From positions 1 through 54,329 of the forward strand of contig NGBS01000328.1 in the NCBI GenBank assembly GCA_002245135.1: a stretch of DNA of 54,329 nucleotides, written 5' to 3'. Below, in pieces: positions 1 through 12,078 of the stretch; within the stretch, counting starts at the first letter, position 1; each line of letters begins with the position of its first letter. The position numbers and the translations under genes are program-made. Below the pieces are notes generated by a model. It was not told the DNA's origin and searched no databases. It worked only from the letters and a program-made list of their open reading frames with translations. Source of the DNA: Proteromonas lacertae. Its lineage: Eukaryota.

Positions 1-1215
1 TGATATTGACTTTCTAAAAAGGCTGGATGAGATAATTGCATATTTCTTCTGATTAAATCGAAGGGATATGTAACTACTTGAGCACAAATACCTGATATTA
101 AACCACAACATAATAACTTAGGAAATGAAGGTTCCCATAATTCAAAGGTTTTATATCTTAATAAATCTTGAAATGATTGTTGAATTGATACAAACATTTC
201 CAACTGATAATAATGAAGGAAACAAACCTTTATACAAGCCTTTAAAACCTTCTTCCATTCTTATAGTCTTAATTGCATTAATCATACCGTCATAATACAT
301 CCTATTTCTGCCTTGTAATGCTAAACGAGATCTAACTAAATCCATTGGATAAGTTATTAATGTGGCAGTTAAACCTGATAATCCACCACACAGTAATCTG
401 ATTGGTAGATTACTTTGACCATCTTTTATACCAAATAATTTCAAATAAATTGCATAACTCCATGTTACACATCCATTAAATGGTATTACTTTTATACAAT
501 TGGTTAAATTACCTGCATATAATCCTCTTATTCCATCTCTCAATAATATTCACTAAAAACCGATTTGATTGGTTCTGAACCTGATATTTGTACATTTATT
601 CTTATTACATCTAAAGGAGCAGTGATACAACGAGAAATTAACCCAGAAACAGCACCAGCAATAAAAGAATATGAATAAGAAGTTGGTACAACAGTTGGAA
701 CTCCCATGTCAAAATATCCTTCTAATACATCTCTTATTTTAACAGAATTATTTAAAGAATATAAAGGTATTTTGTAGTAAGTGATTGGAAATTTAGTGAA
801 AAATGTTAAAAATTCTTCTTTCGTTAAGAATGTGTTTTGAATTCTTTTGAAAGGAAAAATGGTAGTGATTATGTTTCTCAAATCATTATGAGATATTGTC
901 GATCCTACTGATTTTAGTAATGAGTATATCTGTGTATCTGATACTACTCCTGTTTTCTTTGCATCTATTTCATCGTAAAGAACTGAAGCAAAGATTGACG
1001 AATTAATGTTATATACTCATCATAATCTGTTTTTTCAGGAACATCAAACTCCTCCAATGTCTATTCCAGCAGATTTTAAAGATTCTGCTAATTCTTCTTT
1101 CGATAAATAACCATCACAATCTTCATCATGTTGTTCAAATATTTGCTCTATTCTTTCATCGGTAGATAAATACAGCCACCATCGTATTCTAAATCATATA
1201 TCTATTGTTATACAT
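1..1215 (-). CDS. Calcium-binding mitochondrial carrier (SCaMC/SLC25A24-like), 3' end runs off the window
   Basis: Carrier signatures TAPLDVIRINVQ, TYPMDLVRSRL and TYPFDLIRRNMQ, plus an N-terminal EF-hand (DEDCDGYLSKEEL, ~1090-1130). Apparent single-base frameshifts near 200 and 540. Start is approximate. Confidence 0.85.
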
Positions 1216-1398
1216 ATATTTTTGTTGATTTGGTCTAAACTTATCTAACCAATTTAAATTTGTATATTTTGCTAGAATTGACATTCAACTGTAAAGTTTA
1301 TATGCAAAAGTCTATATGCTACAAATTAGAATAAAGAATTATGTATTTTAATGGTAAATTTGACATTTTTACGTAGAGTAAGTTCTTTTTTGCATTCT

Positions 1399-3195
1399 AT
1401 GGAAGAAAGCACACAAACAATGCGACAAAGGAGCTTTGACTCCGAAAGAAATCCAGATGAAAATGTAGAATTTGCATCAATGAGAAAGCCTGAAATAGTA
1501 TTTAAGTAGAATTAGATTGAATAGACATCTATCAATGAGTTACAACCTGATCCATCCAAAGATAAAGGCAATATAATTCTATTATTAATATTATACACAC
1601 TACAAGGAATTCCAATGGGACTTGCTGCTAGTATTCCGTTGATATTACAAAAGTATCATATAACATACACTGATCAAGCTGTATTTTCAAATGTATCTTG
1701 GCCTTACAGTATGAAGTTATTATGGGCTCCAATTGTTGATTCAGTATTTGTGAAATCTTATGGAAGAAGAAAGAGCTGGATAATTCCAGTCCAAATGATA
1801 GTGGGTTTATTATTAGTAATATACTCTTTCCGAATCAATTCTTTACTAAATAACTCTGAAGGACCTTATATTTACACTTTAACAATTTTATTCTTTGTTT
1901 TATATTTTTTAGTTGCAACTCAAGTATAATTAATATAATATAATATATAATATATATATATGAAATAGGATATAGCAGTGGATGGATTAGCAATTTCAAT
2001 TTTAAGACCCGAAAATAAAGGATATGCTTCAACAACAAATGCAATTGGTCAAACAGTTGGTTATTTTATTAGTTATGCTGTTTTTTTGGCATTTAATAAC
2101 GCTGATTTCTGTGATTATTTCCGTTCAACTCCAATCCATAAAGTATAAATATAAATTTAATAATTTATAAATAAATAGCCATTTTTCGATTTATCTAGTT
2201 TTATGTTACTTTGTGGAGTAGTATTTATAATAGTTACATTATTGGTAAGTGGAATGAAAGAAAAAGATGAAATAGAAAATGAGATTCCAAATGTGAAAGA
2301 AAGTTACAGTGAAATAATGGGAGTAATAAAACTAAAGAATGTTTTAATATTGTCGTTAGTGTTAGTGACATTTCGATTAGGTTTTTGTGTAGCTGAAGAT
2401 GCATTTATGTTGAGATTAATTGAAATTGGTATTCCTGAATATCATGTAGCAATGATTGGAGTGTTTTATTTTCCAATAGAAATATGTATATATAATAATA
2501 ATAATAATAATGAATAGTTATAACAAGTTATGTAAGTAAATACACCTCTGGTCCAGAACCTTTCAAATATTTCTTATTTGGATATATATTAAGATTATTT
2601 ATGAGTTTGAGTTATGTGATAATTCTTCAAATAATGCCTAGTAGTGTAGTTAGTAGTTCACTTTGGAAATATTATATATTGATCTTACCATTTTTTATAT
2701 TTCATCGAATAGCTTGTAATATAATGTTTGTTAGTAAAGTATATATACTTATTATTTCTTCTATAATTTATAATAGATGGCATTTTTTGCGAAAGTATCT
2801 GATACTAGAATTGGTGGCACTTATATGACACTATTAAACACTGTAGCTAATTTAGGAAATCAATGGAATTCTGCTCCAGGATTATATTTTCTTGATCAGC
2901 TAACAATCAAATCTTGTCATTTGTATTTTATATTATTATTATATATAGAAGTAATGGTGAAGTGAATGATTGTAAAGGTAAAATATTATATGATAATTGT
3001 ATAAAGAATAATGGAAAATGTATAATGGAAAGAGATGGTTATTCAATTCTGAGTTATATGTGTTTTATATTTGGTTTATTATGGTATTATAAAATGAAAA
3101 ATCCAATAAATGAACTTCAAAAGAGTTTGAAGAATCTTGGAGATGTAAGCAAACAGAAAAGAAATTATAGAAATGTATTTCTTAATTTTACTTAA
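1399..3195 (+). CDS. SLC33A1: Acetyl-CoA transporter (SLC33A1/AT-1 family, MFS), multi-exon
   Basis: LYTLQGIPMGL, WPYSMKLLWAPIVDS, GRRKSWIIPVQ, ATQ|DIAVDG and IGGTYMTLLNTVANLG motifs, joined across short GT-AG introns. The true stop may be at 3170 if an indel is present. Confidence 0.9.
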
Positions 3196-3547
3196 TATTT
3201 TATTATTTTTATATTGTATGTTTTTAATGAGGAAAGTAAATAATAATAAAAATAATAATTTATAAAATTTAAAAGAAATCAATTGATAATTCTTCCTCAT
3301 TTAATTCATTTCCTGATTGATTTATCTTTCTTATAGAATAATAAACTTTCAATCTTTCTATAAAAGTATTTAATCCCTTTTCACTTAATTTAACATTAAT
3401 ACAACGCACATTTCACTTATCATATTACTCATATTATCGTAATTACTAAAGTGGATTGTTTATGATACTGCAGTTAATAAAAGAAGAATAAAATGAATAT
3501 ATTTATTTTTTATTAAGATTATTTAATATCATAAAAATTAATACTTC

Positions 3548-6500
3548 TTACTTTACTTCTTCTTTCATTCCATCAATTTTCATTATTTTAACAATTGAAA
3601 ATGCATTTAAAAATGATTTTAATTCTGATTTATCAATATTTTCTTTTACTGTTATTGATAATTCTTCTAATCTATCAAAAATCTCTATATTTTCTATCAT
3701 CAATCTCAATTCTCTTTCATTTAATATATTTCCAGATAGATTAATATTATCTAACCATTTATGATCTTTTAAACTTTTTATTAACATTTTAAATCTTTTC
3801 TCACTCATTCCAATATCTATAAAAATACACATATATATTATATTCTAATAATACTTGAAAGATTTAATCTTTCACAATCAATAAATATATATAAATTGTT
3901 ACATATTATTTCCATTTCTTTATCTCCAATTATATTATTGTGTATGAAAATCTTTTTAAATCCATCTTTTCTCATAGACTTTATTAATTCTTTCAATCCT
4001 TTATAGCTTATGTGATTATTGGATAAAATAAGAGCTTTATAATCAATCTTTTTAATTTTTGAAATATGAGAATCATTAATATTCATATCTATTAATTAGA
4101 TATTACTATTATATACTTGAAAAATCATGGTATCTATTATCATATCTTTCCTTTTTTATGCAATAGTTCAGATAATATTCCAATTCTTCATTTGTCCATG
4201 ATAGACAGTTTATTTGAATGAATGGATATTCTTTTTTTTCTAAGGATTTTGAACATATTGTTTTTAATCCATTCATTCTAATATTATTTCCATTTAAATA
4301 TATTGCACTGTAATATCTAATTGAGGGTATTTGGTTGGTTAACAGTATTACACTTTCATCATCTATTGAAATATTACTCAAATTCAACTCATCATAATAT
4401 ATTAATCTATTTAAATTGTTTAATAACAGTTTCAATCCAACATTACCTATTGGATTGTCTATTAAACAACATTAAATATCAATAAATACTCTGAATGTGG
4501 TAATTTCTTACATTACACACTACTTTCATGTAATTCACCAAACACTCCATTCCAACTGAATCTATATTATTATCACTTATATCAAGCAACCTTAACTTTT
4601 CAATCTTCTTTAAACCATCTAATAAGTATTTTAATCCTAATGAAGATAATCCCATTTCTATTACATAACATTTTATTATTATTATACTTGTACAATATAA
4701 CTTCCAATCATGATTTTCATAGTATTTTAATAAATCTAAGTGTGGAGATAATACTTTCATTCCTTCATCTCCTATTTCATTTCCATATAATTCAAGATAT
4801 TTAAGGCTTGGTAATGAAGACAAATTGTTAATCAGAATTTCTACACTTTTATATGTTAGTTTATTATCTAAATAATTGTAAAAATATCAAAATTATACTA
4901 CTCAAATGTAATTTATTTACTTTTTTCAACTCATTTGATCTTAATAAAATAAACGATTTGAAGCAAACGTCATCTATTCCTGAATTGTTCAGATTTAGTA
5001 TATACCAACCATCATCGTTGATTATGATGTACTTCATCAACTCTGTAATTTCTTTATCAACAAGTAATTCTTTACTTTCATTAAAATTAAATTTTATCTT
5101 TGAAATAGGAAATTTGGAGAATAATGCTTTAAATCCTTTTGAATGAATATTTCTATTTCCTGCAATATCTATTTTCTGAAGATTTGGATATCTATTCAAT
5201 TCTTCTGATAATAATAGCATCGATTCATTATTTAAATTCATTTTTCCCAAGATTCAAAACATTATATTTGTTGATCAATAAATGCAAATATGGAAGCAAT
5301 AATTTAAATCCATTTTCACCAATTGGATTGCCTATTTTGAATTATAAAAACAGTGATTAATAATATATACATGTTAAATCTACATATTTCAATTTCATGA
5401 ATGGAATTGATTTCACAAATGATTCAACGAAATAATGAGTTAAATAACATTCCCTTATATCTAATATTTGTAGATTTAATAATTCTGAAAATAATGATCC
5501 AAACAAAGATTGATGTTGAATTGGAACTTTTATAAAACAACCTAATTATTATATAAATAGAAATTATTAAAAATATACCGAAAAATAATTTTGATGGATT
5601 GACAAACTTCATTATTCTAAAAAAATAACCAATTCCTTCTTCACAGAAACAAACATATTCTGAATCAATCCAGATTTTTTCTTTATCATCTTTATCAAAG
5701 TGAATACTGAATATCTTTTCATCTAAATAACATTCTTTTCTTTCTTTACATTGGTGATAAACTTGAAAATTCAGTATATCTTTTATGAAATTATCTTTTT
5801 TGTATAATTTTATCATCAATAATATTGATAATACTCTTTCGCTTGGTTTATGATTGTACGATTTCATTAAATCGTATCCAATTCTAATCCATTTATAATT
5901 CTCAAGATAATATTCTTTAGGTAACAATGTCACAATCTCAACATCATTATTGTATAACATTTCTTTACTATCTTTACACATCACTATACTATTATCATCA
6001 TCTCTCAACATTTCACTCATTTTCATTATCCCTTTATTCAGCTCTTTTAAACTCAGTCTATCTTCACTTCTCACTTTCAACACTCTTTCAATCATTTCTT
6101 TCATCAATTCATCACATTCTACATCAATACTGTATTTACATGTGAGAATATTGTTTATTATTTTTAGCTTATTATCATCTTCATTAAATGGCAATTTCTT
6201 ACAAATCATTTCATATAAAATACAGCCAATTGACCAAATCACACTTCTTTCATTACATTCATATCCATTCAACTCTTCAGGGCTTGTAAAGCAGATATCA
6301 TATACTCCCAAATCTTTTTCTTTTCTTACTTCATTTAAGAATAAATCACATAACTTTATTTCATCATCATTCTCTATTACAACATTACTACTCTTCAAAT
6401 TACCAACTACAATGTCATATTCACTTAATATCATCACAATATTGCATAAAGAACTTATCACATGAAATATATCATCGTTTGAATTGGTTTTAGTTTGAAT

Positions 6501-6838
6501 TATCTCTTCTAAGTCTCTAACATAATATTTTCTTTCCAATATCACATCATTATACCCGTAAATTGACATTTCAAATGAATATACATAACACAAACAACTT
6601 TTACACACAAATGAATGTTTTTCGATGAATTTGAAAATATTCTTTTCTTTCATTCCATTAACATTCAATTTTTTAATCATTTTATCATCGACTTTTCTAT
6701 TAACTGTAACTCCTTTATTTTCACTAATCACCTCATTTCTTTCTTTTATCTATTTATATAAAACATTAGTTATACATTGGTAGAATTATGTAAAAACAAA
6801 GATGATATTCCATCGATAAAAGATTCTAAATAATTCAT
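3548..6838 (-). CDS. Protein kinase-like (probable pseudokinase) domain fused to RNI-like leucine-rich repeats
   Basis: Kinase subdomains (NLKSSNV, SPEEL, IWSIGCILYEM), then LRR exons (LxxLxLxxNxIGDEG; LDISDNNIDSVG). The first exon runs from ATG 6838 and splices in frame to ORF 5424-6731. Confidence 0.75.
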
Positions 6839-6960
6839 TTTTATAACGAATAATGTTTCAAAAATAATATCGTTTCAATATTTTCATTTTCTATATTTTT
6901 ATAATAAAACAAATATTTACATTGATATATACATTATATTTACATTTATTCGATTTCCAT

Positions 6961-7767
6961 CATATATACTACTATAAATCCTTTATAATGTGTTGATCAT
7001 AGTATAAGAGAAGTTATATCTCGAATATATTTTATCACTTTTACACTAGACCCAATAAAGGGTTATTTCCGTATATATTATCTGATTTTGCAATACATTC
7101 TATAATTTTACGAAGTTACAAGATAAATACCTTTGAATCAAGCACTCTAACTATTTCAAATATACATTTTTAACTAAATCCCTTCATATCTTTCAAAATA
7201 ATCAAAAAATCTTTTGAAAGGCTTGATTGAAGTTTGATCAATTTTTTCATAAAAATCATTCTCATTCACATAATTGACCTAGACCATCAGCTCTTGCTGA
7301 TATTTTGTTTGTTAATAATATTTAATATATCAATTATTTCAATTGTGTATTATACTTTTATATCACTATAACTACTATTATTACCAGGATTTTGTGAGTT
7401 TTCATGGTTATTCATTTCTCAATTATTCAAGATCTGTTTTAGAATTTAAATATTCACTCTATATAGTGATTATTTTAATAAAATGAAAAATTGATCAAAC
7501 TTCAATCAAGCCTTTCAAAAGATTTTTTGATTATTTTGAAAGATATGAAGGGATTTAGTTAAAAATGTATATTTGAAATAGTTAGGGTGTTTGATTCAAA
7601 GGTATTTATCTTGTAACTTCGTAAATTAAAGAATCTATAACAAAATCAGATAATATATACGGAAATAACCCTTTATTGGGTCTAGTGTAAAAGTGATAAA
7701 ATATATTCGAGATATAACTTCTCTTATACTATGATCAACACATTAAAGGATTTATTGTAGTATAATG
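6961..7767. repeat. Inverted repeat: arms ~6961-7250 and ~7483-7767, ~230 bp spacer
   Basis: For example gttgatcatagtataagagaagttatatctcgaatatattttatcacttttacactagacccaataaagggttatttccg is the reverse complement of sequence within 7660-7740. Confidence 0.95.
7331..7563 (+). repeat. Diverged copy of the kinesin first exon and kinesin/VPS50 intergenic region (39335-39570)
   Basis: Direct alignment by eye, including an exact tattttaataaaatgaaaaattgatcaaacttcaatcaagcctttcaaaagattttttgattattttgaaagatatgaagggatttag core apart from one A. Confidence 0.93.
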
Positions 7768-8322
7768 TTTAGTAATAGAAATTTTATGCATTTCAAAGTA
7801 TATCAGAATGAAATATTTTGTATTTAGTGAATGTATAATTCGGAGTTGTTATTTTAAGAGGTATTAGACTTATATAGATAGAACCAAGTTATTATGAACA
7901 TGGTTATGATTTATTGTTGCTATTAATGTTAGTGGAGGTATCTGTGTTAATTTCCTTATTCGCTCACACCACAGCATTTTTGAATTTTGTGTGAATTTCG
8001 ATTTGAGTTTTTCACATTTTTGACACTTTGACCTTATTTTTTGAAAAGTAATAACTTTCACTATTATTTATCAGAATATAAGGTTAGTTTTACAAAAAAG
8101 GTAATTATTAAACTAAATACACTACAGTAAAATTAAACATATAATAAAAAAGGGTTTGGCAAATTTTTGTTTCATAATTCTTTATGGTTATTGAGAAAAA
8201 TCACTTTAACGAATTTGTTAAATTAGGCTTGATATGATTTGATTGAGTTGAATTTTAAAATCTCGCACATTGATGTATATATTATTATTATTATTATTAT
8301 TATTATTTAGATAATCAGCAAA

Positions 8323-9660
8323 ATGGGTATTAATTTTAGCAATTGGATGGAAGATGGTAGGAATGGTGCTATTAAGAGAAGAGGAAATCATGCTAGTAAT
8401 AATCCAAAAAGAAGAAAATTATCTGATAGTTTCACGGAGATGATTAACTCAATGGGTGTTGTTATAGTAGATGAGAGTGAGTTTTTAGATTTTAGAGGTG
8501 TATGTCACGTCTATCAGTATCCAGAATCAAAGATTTACATTCGAAGATGCTATAAAGATATGTATGAGGATATCCAAAAATATTTATTAGTATATAACAG
8601 TATAAGAATAACTGGTCAACCTGGTATAGGTAAGACCTCGTTCATTTATTTTTTGTTGTACAAATTAATGACTAATCCAGATTGGCAGTCAAAATACAAT
8701 TGTGTTTATATAGTCAAAGGTAAAAAATACGGTAGAGTTGATGAAATAGACATTTATAAAGTGATAAAAGGATTTAGTGGATATTATCTATCTAAATGTA
8801 GTATTGGTGCATCTGATATTAATGATGCAATAATAATAGTTGAAACATGCAACATTATTTTCGAAGGTAATAAAATCATGGTTATCTCGATCAGTTCGCC
8901 AGACGAGCAAAACAATAGTGAATATAAGAATAAAGTTGAATTGTATTTTGAATCGTTTAATTTTGATGAAATTCAAAAGTGGTTTAAGAACTGTATTGGT
9001 TTTGATAGTGTTGATGTTGGAAGTAAAGAATTTAAAAGGTCATGCGAAATATATGGTAATATTCCGAGGTTAGTGTACTTCCATTATTTATACAAAATGA
9101 ATTATGGTAGAGATTATTTGGAATATTATGAAAAACTTATAGATAGCGTTGTAGGTTTTGAAGGTTATAATATATTCCTAAAAAAATATGTAAGTAGAAA
9201 GTATTTGGAAGAAAATCCATTATTGAATATCATATTAAAATATGATTTAGTAAAAAAGCAAGATAGATTTTTAGAGAATAAAACATATAAACCAAAGCAA
9301 CATTTAAAATTTATCTCAAAATTCGTTGAAGATTATATTACTTATAAATTTTTCCCTTCAACTACAGCTAAAGAACATCGTAAGCTGATAGATAATTATA
9401 ATAAAATTCATGATAACAATATGAAGTCTTTGGCATTTAAGCATATTACAGCCTATGAATTAGCTAGAGAAATGATTATAATAGAGAGAAAAGATGAAAA
9501 TTTCGTATTTAATTCAGAGAAAAAGAAATCAATATATTATCCAGATGGTTCAAAGAATATAGTTTATATTATATTGGATAAAAAGAATTATTTTGATTTT
9601 ATTATGAATGGGGTGTTTATTAAAATACGATATAATGTAAATGATGATAAAAAAAAATAA
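8323..9660 (+). CDS. Crinkler/RHS-type (CR) P-loop NTPase
   Basis: IYIRRCYKDMY upstream of Walker A ITGQPGIGKT, then ISISSPD and YGNIPR, the motif order typical of CR-NTPases. The N-terminus is basic (KRR...PKRRKL). Confidence 0.75.
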   Translation: MGINFSNWMEDGRNGAIKRRGNHASNNPKRRKLSDSFTEMINSMGVVIVDESEFLDFRGVCHVYQYPESKIYIRRCYKDMYEDIQKYLLVYNSIRITGQPGIGKTSFIYFLLYKLMTNPDWQSKYNCVYIVKGKKYGRVDEIDIYKVIKGFSGYYLSKCSIGASDINDAIIIVETCNIIFEGNKIMVISISSPDEQNNSEYKNKVELYFESFNFDEIQKWFKNCIGFDSVDVGSKEFKRSCEIYGNIPRLVYFHYLYKMNYGRDYLEYYEKLIDSVVGFEGYNIFLKKYVSRKYLEENPLLNIILKYDLVKKQDRFLENKTYKPKQHLKFISKFVEDYITYKFFPSTTAKEHRKLIDNYNKIHDNNMKSLAFKHITAYELAREMIIIERKDENFVFNSEKKKSIYYPDGSKNIVYIILDKKNYFDFIMNGVFIKIRYNVNDDKKK

Positions 9661-9662
9661 AA

Positions 9663-10921
9663 ATGAAAGAATCCATCAGAGTATATAAACAATATATAAT
9701 ATAATATCATAGGAATATAGTGAAGTTAAAAATGGAACTTTTCTATATACAACAATATATGAGAATATAACATATAAAAATCCCCCAATATTAGAATTAA
9801 TAATAGAAGAAGAAGATGATGATGGTGAAGGAGGAAAAGAAGAAGAAAATGAAGGAGATGAAGAGGAAGAAGGGAAAATAAAAGCATATGCAAAGAATAA
9901 AGAGGATATATATTTAATGCGAAATTGTTATTATGAAATGTTGAAGATTATTTGTCCTGGAGGTATTATTGATATAAGTTATCCATATCAAAAGAACTAC
10001 TTAATATTTGGTCATAAAAAAATTGGTAAATCAATATTAGCAGCTGTTATAAAAGAATATATTCATCAAATGAATCTAAATATTGAAATAAAATATATAA
10101 GCGATAAAGAAAAACGAGAAAAAAAATATTATTACAATACTAATGAACAGTATATAGTTATTTCAGATGGAGAAATAATTGAAGGAGATGGTTATCCTGA
10201 TGCGAAAATGATAATATTATTAGCTGATCCAACTGATAAAAAGTATAAGACATTTCAGAGTAAAAGATGTCCACTTGTGATGTATATTCCTCCATTTACA
10301 AAAGAAGAAATCGAAAAAGTGATAATTCTGGAAGATCCAAAATATAAATTATACCGAAATTATCCTAATTATTTCATGAATAAATATGATTTAGATTTAC
10401 ATGTGAGAAAAATGGCAGGTCTTCACAAAAAGTTAATGGAGACATCTACTACATCTGATTTTAATTCATACATAGAAAATAGTATAGGTGATATAGATTC
10501 ATACATACAAAAGAAAATACCTGATTTTAATTCACATTTAAAAAAGAATATAAATGATATAAAATTATTCATTCAAAAAAAGATACAGAATACAGGTTCG
10601 TTACATATATATAATACAACTGTTAATAAGTATAGGAAAAATTACGAATTCTATGGTGGTATAATAGGAAATAGAGACTATGATAAAAGTACAATGAAAA
10701 GTTTGGTAAAATATATTATTAGTGATAAAAAAGTAAGAGAAATGATATTAATATATGAAACCTTTGAAGATGATGTTACTAAATCTGATGATTTAACATT
10801 TATATCTGAAACAATACAAGATATGGTGAATAGAACTTTAATTAAAATAAATTCAAAAGAAAAATGTAAAAAAATGATAGATTTATTGCTGAAATTTACA
10901 AATAGAAATGTAGTGGGATGA
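9663..10921 (+). CDS. Second, degenerate CR-type NTPase module (possibly the same gene as 8323-9660)
   Basis: IYLMRNCYYEML, FGHKKIGKS and FYGGII motifs. A 32-nt intron at 9681-9712 puts ATG 9663 in frame with ORF 9917 through an acidic linker. Confidence 0.6.
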
Positions 10922-11031
10922 AGGTAAAAATAAATTGTGAAGAAAGAAATAGAATTAAAATAAAGAATTAATTTCCTAAAATTTAATCAATACAGAATTT
11001 CGAAACAGTCTTTTTACTATAATCAACCATA

Positions 11032-11142
11032 TCATTTCTTTCATTTATCTATTCATATAAAACACTAGTTATACATTGGTAGAATTATGCAAAAACAAAG
11101 ATGATACTCCATCCGATAGAAAATATTAAATAATTCACTTTT
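11032..11142 (-). pseudogene. Diverged copy of the first exon and intron of the kinase-LRR gene (6733-6842)
   Basis: tagttatacattggtagaattatg.aaaaacaaagatgata is shared. The ATG is changed to GTG in the copy. Confidence 0.8.
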
Positions 11143-11220
11143 GAATAAATCGCTAAAAACAAAATATTATATGCTGACATACTTTAAAATGTATATTTCT
11201 AAACATCGTACAACAACAAA

Positions 11221-11467
11221 TTCTTTATAATGTGTTGATCAAAGTCTCATAGGAGATATACACTAGACCTAATAAGGGGTTATTTCCGTGTGTATGAACT
11301 GATTATGTAATGGATTCTTTAATTTACGAACTTACAAGATATATACCTTTGAATCAAACACATCTAACTATTTCAAATATGCATTTTTAAGCTAAATCCC
11401 TTCATATCTTTCAAAATAATCAAAAAATCTTTTGAAAGGCTTGATTGAAGTTTGATCAATTTTTCAT
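11221..11467. repeat. Third, more diverged copy of the repeat arm (direct to 6980-7250, inverted to 7483-7750)
   Basis: Shared blocks ctttataatgtgttgatca, cactagacc.aataa.gggttatttccg and ctaaatcccttcatatctttcaaaataatcaaaaaatcttttgaaaggcttgattgaagtttgatcaattttt. Confidence 0.92.
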
Positions 11468-11536
11468 TTTTATTAAAATAATCACTATATATAGTGAATA
11501 TTTAAATTCTGAAACAGATTTTGAAATAATTGAGAA

Positions 11537-12078
11537 ATGAGTAACCAAGAAAGCTGCACAAAATCCTGGTAACAATAGCAGCGATAGTGAATATAAAAGT
11601 ATAATACACAATTGAAATAATTGAAATAGGTAGTGTGTAGATTTCGTCCTCAGAATGAAAAAGAGCTTGCATTGAAAGAAGGTGGTAAAGTAAATTATGA
11701 TTTTTCTCCTGATGGTGTATATATAAATAATAATATATGTAAATATGAATAGATGTCTGTGTATGTAAAAACTGATTCACAAAAATTTACATTTGATCGA
11801 GTATTTGAGATGAAAACAACTCAAGAAGAAGTGTATACATATGCAGCAAAACCAGTAATTCTTCAAGTGATCGAAGGATATAATGGAACAATATTTGCTT
11901 ATGGTCAAACATCAGCTGGTAAAACTCATACAATGGAAGGACCTGATTATAATGATAAAGAAAAGCGAGGTATAATTCCTCGAATGATTGATACTTTGTT
12001 TGAAACAATCTATAGTGCGAATCAAAATATCGAATTTACTGTTCAAGTGTCAATGTTAGAAATATATAATGAAAAGAT
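11537..12078 (+). pseudogene. 3'-truncated, intron-containing duplicate of the kinesin heavy chain gene
   Basis: 11385-12078 is an inverted copy of 38880-39570. The ORF is identical in protein up to EIYNEKI and then stops. Both introns are retained and there is an extra A in exon 1. Confidence 0.9.

Noticed and set aside
151..560. Frameshifts in the mitochondrial carrier read as pseudogenisation or programmed frameshifting
   Set aside because: They are single-base indels in short runs within an otherwise conserved housekeeping gene, and similar breaks occur elsewhere, so sequencing error is more likely.
5927..6465. Plus-strand ORFs of 72 and 171 aa
   Set aside because: These are antisense shadows of the kinase exon, rich in S/L/F/I. 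The same applies to most short opposite-strand ORFs in the track.
8275..8310. (TTA)n tract as a telomeric or element-terminal repeat
   Set aside because: It lies inside a GT...AG intron-like segment, and similar tracts fill other introns in the window.
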